Of a stretch of DNA of 64,000 bases, positions 58,701 through 64,000 are shown piece by piece. The position numbers and the translations under genes were made by a program. Source of the DNA: Monocercomonoides exilis PA203 (taxonomy: Eukaryota > Protista > Preaxostyla); the NCBI GenBank assembly GCA_001643675.2, contig LSRY02000031.1:1116001-1180000 (forward strand), in the 5' to 3' direction. The notes under the pieces are model-generated. The model was given only the letters and a program-made list of their open reading frames with translations. It did not search any database and was not told where the DNA came from. Position 1 is the stretch's first letter. Every line of letters starts with the position of its first letter.

Positions 58701-61700
58701 ATTGAAGTGAAGACGAGCGCCAGACTGAAGAAGTTGAGCATGACGGTTGGAGGGGCTCTGCCATCGACACAGCGAAGTGTGATTATTGTGAGCAATGCGA
58801 GAGCCAGCTGTGTGATTCAAGATTCGTGGATTGGCCCGGAAAGCAGCGTTGGGGAGATTGGGTTTTCGATATTGGTTGTCGAAGCAGGGCAATGCACAGC
58901 ATCGGGCATTACTTTCGAGAAACTGGAGTTTAGTGATCGGGCGATGATTGGATGCTCAGGATCTGGGTCAAAGCTGATCATGAGTACTGTGAGGATTGAG
59001 AATGTGAAATGCAGGAACACAAACGGAGTGATGAATGTGGATGCGTCAGCAGAGCTGACTCTGAGCAACACGACAGTATTGGGGATGGAAAATGGAGGCA
59101 ACAGCGAGTCTGTGATTATTGGAAACCGAGCTCGGCTGGTGATGATAAGCGGGGTGAGTGTGAGTGGTGTTGGGTTGGAAGCAGGAAACGGCGGGGTGGT
59201 GAAAGGAACAATCGGGAGCGGACAGAGGCTGTGTGTGGAAAACAGCAGTGTGAATGGGGAGTGCATGAAAGGGAATGGTGGAGGGATGGAGCTGAGGCTG
59301 GAGAAAGGAGGAGTGGTTGAGATTGGGATGAGTGAGAATGTGGCATTTGCGGGATGTCGGGCTGTTGCTGCGGCAGGAGCCGGAGGGTTTGGAGGAGGGA
59401 TGCATGTTGTGCTTGCTGGTACAGCAGATGATTTTGTGGTGAAGAAAGCAGAGTTCACAGGATGCAGCGCAAGCAGGAAGGGGAGCGGGATGTTTGTGAA
59501 GGCGCCTCTGCTGTCAAAAGTGATCAACAGCACAACAATCGGGTTTGGGCCTGACCTTGGGGATGAAGAAGGGCTTGCTGGGGTTGAAGGGGGCGATGAG
59601 TCGTTTTATGTGCCGTTGGTGCTGTATCTGCGGGGAGAACCAGATGTGGTTGCAGTTGGAGGAGGGAATGCGAAGGATTTTGATCGGTGTGGGTATTCGG
59701 GCTATCCGTGCCAGACAATGGATTTCGCATTGGACAGGTGGCAGCAAGACAGAGGTTTGACATGTGTGGTCGACAGGTCGACGAGTCTGTCATGCGAGGT
59801 TGGTTTTCGAAAGGGGAGGTTCAGCATTGAAGGGAAAGAGCAGAAAGCGGTATTTGTGGTGAATGAGAACTCGGAAAAGGCTCAAGAAGGGATGATTGAG
59901 CAGAGTGCAGAAGAGACCAACATGAGCAGGATGGAGTTTAGTATGCCACAGCAACTGAATGGCCGAGTGGCGCTGGCAAAGTGCATTGAAGGGTTGATGA
60001 GGGTTATGGAGTGCAGTGTGAGTGTTCGGCTGTCGACGAACATTGAGTTTTCAGTTTTTGTTGTTTCAGGAGGAGAACTTGGGCTAGTGGGTTTTAGGGT
60101 TGATGATGTGATGTTTTCAGGAGGATGGATGGTGAGGGTGATGGGGATGGGAATTGGATCAATGAAGGGATGCGAGGTCATTGATGTGCAGAGCGCAGAA
60201 AGCAAGGAATTATTAGAAGTGAGGGATGGAGGGGTGATGAGAGTGGAGAACACAACTATGGAAGGTGTGGCGGATAGTTTTGGATCGGCAATAAGTGACA
60301 AGAAAGGAAAGGAGGTTTCAGTGAAGAACAGTTCTATATGTGGGATGTGGAAGGCAGAAGGGAATGGAGGGATGATAGAAGGAGAAATAGAAAATGGAAT
60401 GAGGATTGAAGTGAGTGGGGTGAGGGTGAGGAACTGTGGAAGCAAAGCGGGATGTGGCGGGGGGATGAGGATTGTTTTGAAGGGGAGTGGAGAGTTTGAG
60501 TGCAGCAAAATGGAGGGGTTGAGTGAAGAGGAAATGAGGATTGCGGAGTGTGGGGCAGAAGGGAGTGGAGCGAACGAAGGGTGCGGAGGAGGATTGATGA
60601 TTGAGTGTGTGGAAGGAGGAAGTGGCTTCGCCTTGAAGAGTGTAGTGTTTGGAGTTGGAGAGGAAGAAAACAAAGCGAGCAGGGGAGGGAAGAATGTGTT
60701 TGTGAAAGGAGAAGGTCTTCGGGGGCTTGTGAATGTGGAATCATTTGGGTTTGAGTTCATGAAGGAGGTTGGGGGAACAGACCTGAAGGAGTTAGAAGGA
60801 TGCGAGGATGGCTTGGAAGGGATAGTGATTCCGCTGGTAATGCTGTTTCGAGAGGCGCCGGAGCGATGCTATGTGGGCGAAGATGGAGAAGACACATACG
60901 AATGTGGATTCAAGGATTATATGTGCGAAACAATAGAATACGGGGCAGAGCAGCGTTTTGGTGGGAAGAAAGCAATGATGAGGCTGGACAGGTCGTTTGT
61001 GATAAGAAATCGGATAGTGGTTACTGAGCAGGAGATGGAAGTTGATGGGGAAGTGAACGGGTCAGTGATTGCAGTTGAAGGAAGCAAAGGGGATTCAGGA
61101 GATGGAGTGATTCTGATTGAGAATGCAGCAGTATTTACTGGCCTTCAGTTTTCTGTTGGAGAGCTGTCTGATGTGCCACGAAAGTGCCTGTTTGAGTGCA
61201 GTGGAGGGGAGTTGGCCCTGACAGATTGCTCGATTAACGCTCAGTCAGGAGAAGGCTTGGGAATGGTTGAATGTGCGAATGGAGGAAAAGTGAATGTCAT
61301 GAGACTTCGACTTTGCGATGTGGAATTAGGATCGGTGGGAGCAATTGAGGTGAAGGGAAACGGGAGCACAGGAGTTATTGAGTGGAGTGTCTTTGAAGAT
61401 GTTAAGACGAGAGGAAAGGAAGGGGTGATAGTTGCGGAAGAGGGTGGACATGTGGAAGTGATGAACAGTTCAGTGAATTGGTCTTCATTTGGGGACAACA
61501 GTGGTGTGCATGTCAGCGAAGGAGCATCAGGGATAATTGTAAAGTGCAACATGAGCGAGCTGAGGAGGGAAAACAGGGATGGAGGAGGAGTGAGTGGGGT
61601 TGCAGGAGATGGAAAGAAGATAGAGGTGAGAGAATGCGAGTTTTTTGATGTGAAGTGCTTGAGAGATATGGGAAAAGGAGGGAGTGTGAGTGTGAGAGTG

Positions 61701-64000
61701 AGGGGAGGAGGAGCACTGGAGTTTGAGGGGAATAGCGTTGGAAAGAGCATGGTGAATGAAGAAAGCGGCGTTGGAGGAGGGGTGTATGTGAAGTTTGATT
61801 CGGAGGAAGGGGTGTACTGGATGAGATACGACAGATTTGAGGAGAACAAGGCGAGTGTGGGAAGAGATGTGTATTTTGAGTGTGTGGGTGCAAGCAAGAT
61901 GTTGAAGCAGATGCGATGGGTGGACACGGCTGATGAGGACGAAGAGGAGGAAGAGAAGCAGCGGCTGTGGGTGTATGACAGGAGCAACGAGCCAGTAATC
62001 AATGTGACGATGTTTGCGTTTCTGTTTCCGGCTGGTGCAGACATACTGTTTGTGGATAAAGGCGGGACCAATTTTGAGGAGTGCGGAATACAGGCAACGC
62101 CGTGCAAAGATGTGTCGTTTGGGTTTGAGAAGCTGGGAAGCACGCGAACAACGATACGGATTGTGGAATCGGCAGCTGGGAAGAGCGAGATGAGACAGAA
62201 GGATGAATCGTTGACTCTGCAAGGGAAGAACAAAGCCGAAGTTGCAACTGTTCTTCGGATGGAAGAAAATGGGGGCTTTGTTGTTGAGGGGAGCAGAAAG
62301 ATGGAGCTGAGTGTCCAAAGACTGCAGGTGGTTGTCTGTGTTTCTTGGGCGAAAGAAGCTGTGTTTGGAGTTGGAGGAAAGGGGGCAGTTTCTGTGCAGA
62401 ATTGTTCAATCTGCGGAGAATTGGGATCAACTTTAAGTGGAGTGGGGAATGGATGGATTGGGAAAGGAAGTGGAGGGGAGATAAGTTTTGTATCGGTGAA
62501 TTTTGAGCAAATGGAATTGGGAGCAGGATGCGGAGTGGCAGAGATGAAAGATGGAAAACTAATTGTGGAGAAGTCTAACATGAGTGGGCTGTGCGGGAGC
62601 GTGGGAGGGTTGATCTGCGGGAGGGGAGAGAGCGATGTGAGTATTCGGGAGACAAATGTGAAGGGATGCAGAGTGTTCGGTGGAAGTGTGGCAAGAATGA
62701 GTGGTGTGTCGCAGATAAAGGTGTGGCAGGGAAGTTTGATTGAAGAGTGCAGGTCCGATGAGAACATGGATGGAGGTGGGATGTGGTGTGAGCTTGTTGG
62801 AGAAAGCGAGGTGATGATAGAGGATTGCAGGTTTTGCAAGTGCATGCTGACGAAAGATAATGGAAGAGGGGGAGGAGTGTTTTTGGATTTGCAAGAGAGT
62901 GCAAGCAATAATTTTGCGTTCAAAAGAGTGACATTTGAGGGGAACACAGGAGCCAAAGGAGAAGATGTGTTTGTTGTGAGCAAATCCTTGAATGAATCGA
63001 TCATAGCAGATCGCTTTGTTGATGTATCTGGGGCTGAGGAGGGTTCTGTCCGGGCAAAGATTGCAGGAATAGACAGTGAGTTTTTTGTGGAAGAGGCGAT
63101 TGATCTGTATGAGTTTCTTGTTGAGCGCAGGTTGGGAGAGATCAGAGTTGGAGAGAAAGGATACGACTTTGCAGGGTGTGGAACAGACAAGTATCAGTGC
63201 AAAACACTATGGAGAGGATACAGAAACATTGATGGATTGGCAGCGAAAAAGAGGCTGTTGATGGATGGAGAAGTGTATGCAGAAGAAAGCTACGATCTTT
63301 CATCATTTGAAGTGAGTTCGATGCAGGACCAGGAGGAGTCTTGTGTTCGGATTCAATTGAAAAATGGAGAAGGGGTGAACGAATGTGTGTTTGGATCGTC
63401 CACAGTGCTGGAGATGAAGTGGATTGTGTTCAAATATGAGGAGTCATTGGAAGCGGGAGCGGGATGTTTGGTGTATTCCAGTGGCAGCAAGCTGACTTTG
63501 AATCGAAGCCGATTTGAGAATATGACAAGAGGAAATGTGAAGGTGACGTTGGTGAAGTGTTCGAGTGGAGTAGTGATGATGGAAGAATGCGAAGTGTTGT
63601 GCCAGGAGTTTGAGAGTGTTCCGTTTGCGCTTTGGAGCGGAGCGGAAATAGAAGGGTGTGTATTTGATGGTTTGAGAACGCGAAAGAGCATGAAAGGTGG
63701 GGCGATATATGCAGTGCTTGGAAAGGATGGGGTGTTGAAGATGGAAAACAACACGATAGCGAGAAGTGAGTGCTCGAGGAGCGCAGGGAGAGGAGGAGGG
63801 GTGTATGTGGACAGTTTGGAGAGTGAAGCTGAAAAGCCATTTGAGTTTTGCAGAGTGCTGAAACTGGAAGGGAACGAAGCAGCAAGAGGGAAGAACATGT
63901 TCATTGCAGGCAAAGACCTGAATAAAAGTGTGAACAGAGCATCGTTTGGGTTTGAGTATGAGTTAGCTTTGGAAGACAGGAATCTGTTTGCAGGAAGAGA
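55701..64000 (+). CDS. Giant Cys-rich beta-helix surface protein, same family as 10743-18503 (3'-partial, >2700 aa, runs off window)
   Basis: ATG 55701 starts MLVRTSILTIKLLFVISLCCS (signal-like). The same frame reads as family sequence wherever checked, up to the window end (...ELALEDRNLFAGR), and the ORF track has no stop-terminated ORF in this frame. It has GGA(I)/GGG motifs and CGxxxxxC module starts at about 57388, 58500, 59688, 60903, 62082 and 63177. Confidence 0.9.
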   Translation, partial: MLVRTSILTIKLLFVISLCCSEKGTSSNKFQGVREYSSKFKFRFEDDAEKHSITKRSLENSFSQVWVPCRNSTSVLSSKCEKWMKMRSTVLSCMKMKNTSANLKELEFRQYVDLSVIEMDGCEKVILFSCVLKQNGKSGASEFIVNNGEFYLQNVKMELDEQNMIQHSIVSGGGEKAGFLLRRGAYFDGCCASSICVCSPSPFLCSEKLEMAEVTDCLFCNITTHHNGKGCCDRTLQRSVVENCEIEGCEDVFGGRIVSGARGNEFSARNTTFCRMTSAHHDSHYTTPFDEFTTGEVSFVNCDFENCRSTSHGGGAICVGGTASLSVQRCTFTNVSTTVGRGGAINSYSTSSVEINGASFTRCSSDGFFGGALAAINSSLSMGLCIFEQCSSSYGGAINVEYQSYLRIIGTNFYNCKATNQCGGAAHLFCPFETVNFLENELIFCSSVTPGGGIDIYDNTRKKNVSFKHCLFICNEVFGNNKYGFDVYFGDGFSSMVTSEWITDSYSISNKTKRICLCNFYSFACENPTFHDEWLPVSSSEMNRIILVDVKQSTTESTGDYYLCGAVSHECKTLKYGVSRWVDWHHELIRVRGGTYEESEMVIAQMNVMIEPNKDENEEEETVTVVTNAVGHAMFEVESGSMQMAGMILKHTISNECQQALLEMSGKGSEVSFLRCEIMSAATSAVGQHSYFGVKAGKMKMAQCTVKNIELENCGVIEWGNGGMVEMDGSNFSNITRREGNGAVVGKNGGATEKVWIQNISVKDCVCQKGNGGGIEVVVENGCDCGIGGAGMEAGFERCRAEEGSGSGSRSETTNEKTSGGGNRNEAEEGRRGCGGGICVRVLGEEAGFKIGAIQFSGNSAAHGEDVCVFAPHLEKVVTRTSFGYYSERGEFSIESAEGMNDGLRGVWVPLVFYLRSREGNVSVGEDGTDVRPCGFSEYRCLSVGYALGQQSDCHQVLVWGSYQLNESLVLDDEKGYVWSGTEDMSKMRMVGSSMGVNGIIEVKTSARLKKLSMTVGGALPSTQRSVIIVSNARASCVIQDSWIGPESSVGEIGFSILVVEAGQCTASGITFEKLEFSDRAMIGCSGSGSKLIMSTVRIENVKCRNTNGVMNVDASAELTLSNTTVLGMENGGNSESVIIGNRARLVMISGVSVSGVGLEAGNGGVVKGTIGSGQRLCVENSSVNGECMKGNGGGMELRLEKGGVVEIGMSENVAFAGCRAVAAAGAGGFGGGMHVVLAGTADDFVVKKAEFTGCSASRKGSGMFVKAPLLSKVINSTTIGFGPDLGDEEGLAGVEGGDESFYVPLVLYLRGEPDVVAVGGGNAKDFDRCGYSGYPCQTMDFALDRWQQDRGLTCVVDRSTSLSCEVGFRKGRFSIEGKEQKAVFVVNENSEKAQEGMIEQSAEETNMSRMEFSMPQQLNGRVALAKCIEGLMRVMECSVSVRLSTNIEFSVFVVSGGELGLVGFRVDDVMFSGGWMVRVMGMGIGSMKGCEVIDVQSAESKELLEVRDGGVMRVENTTMEGVADSFGSAISDKKGKEVSVKNSSICGMWKAEGNGGMIEGEIENGMRIEVSGVRVRNCGSKAGCGGGMRIVLKGSGEFECSKMEGLSEEEMRIAECGAEGSGANEGCGGGLMIECVEGGSGFALKSVVFGVGEEENKASRGGKNVFVKGEGLRGLVNVESFGFEFMKEVGGTDLKELEGCEDGLEGIVIPLVMLFREAPERCYVGEDGEDTYECGFKDYMCETIEYGAEQRFGGKKAMMRLDRSFVIRNRIVVTEQEMEVDGEVNGSVIAVEGSKGDSGDGVILIENAAVFTGLQFSVGELSDVPRKCLFECSGGELALTDCSINAQSGEGLGMVECANGGKVNVMRLRLCDVELGSVGAIEVKGNGSTGVIEWSVFEDVKTRGKEGVIVAEEGGHVEVMNSSVNWSSFGDNSGVHVSEGASGIIVKCNMSELRRENRDGGGVSGVAGDGKKIEVRECEFFDVKCLRDMGKGGSVSVRVRGGGALEFEGNSVGKSMVNEESGVGGGVYVKFDSEEGVYWMRYDRFEENKASVGRDVYFECVGASKMLKQMRWVDTADEDEEEEEKQRLWVYDRSNEPVINVTMFAFLFPAGADILFVDKGGTNFEECGIQATPCKDVSFGFEKLGSTRTTIRIVESAAGKSEMRQKDESLTLQGKNKAEVATVLRMEENGGFVVEGSRKMELSVQRLQVVVCVSWAKEAVFGVGGKGAVSVQNCSICGELGSTLSGVGNGWIGKGSGGEISFVSVNFEQMELGAGCGVAEMKDGKLIVEKSNMSGLCGSVGGLICGRGESDVSIRETNVKGCRVFGGSVARMSGVSQIKVWQGSLIEECRSDENMDGGGMWCELVGESEVMIEDCRFCKCMLTKDNGRGGGVFLDLQESASNNFAFKRVTFEGNTGAKGEDVFVVSKSLNESIIADRFVDVSGAEEGSVRAKIAGIDSEFFVEEAIDLYEFLVERRLGEIRVGEKGYDFAGCGTDKYQCKTLWRGYRNIDGLAAKKRLLMDGEVYAEESYDLSSFEVSSMQDQEESCVRIQLKNGEGVNECVFGSSTVLEMKWIVFKYEESLEAGAGCLVYSSGSKLTLNRSRFENMTRGNVKVTLVKCSSGVVMMEECEVLCQEFESVPFALWSGAEIEGCVFDGLRTRKSMKGGAIYAVLGKDGVLKMENNTIARSECSRSAGRGGGVYVDSLESEAEKPFEFCRVLKLEGNEAARGKNMFIAGKDLNKSVNRASFGFEYELALEDRNLFAGR

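Noticed and set aside
61241-63190. 649-aa minus-strand ORF and other long antisense ORFs (e.g. 59882-60760, 25569-26222, 15659-16303)
   Set aside because: These are codon-bias shadows of the plus-strand genes and have no independent motifs.

Overview
This is a eukaryotic, AT-rich, intron-rich genomic window using the standard code with short GT-AG introns. The gene families and style suggest an oxymonad such as Monocercomonoides (inference). A central housekeeping block (about 20-51 kb) holds an SLC35F6-like transporter, radial spoke protein 3, CDC48/p97, an ER DnaJ, an M6P-receptor/ATG27-like protein, ZSWIM7/SWS1, an Ogg2-like HhH DNA glycosylase, Tousled-like kinase, a ubiquitin-like Ser-rich protein and a PDK1-like kinase. 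Eight of these ten genes form four head-to-head pairs. Two accessory zones flank the block. Each has a giant, apparently intronless, Cys-rich beta-helix surface receptor (10743-18503, ending in TM plus pseudokinase; 55701->64000, missed by the ORF track) and a copy of the same lineage-specific helical-protein family. Both giant genes carry an AT-rich, highly divergent tip domain at the homologous position between conserved anchors, a candidate variable receptor repertoire. Mobile DNA includes a decayed Merlin/IS1595-type transposon (TIRs, 8-bp TSD) with a nested 248-bp MITE (5-bp TSD). There is also a 1.5-kb near-perfect palindrome (735-bp arms) inside an older degenerate inverted repeat.
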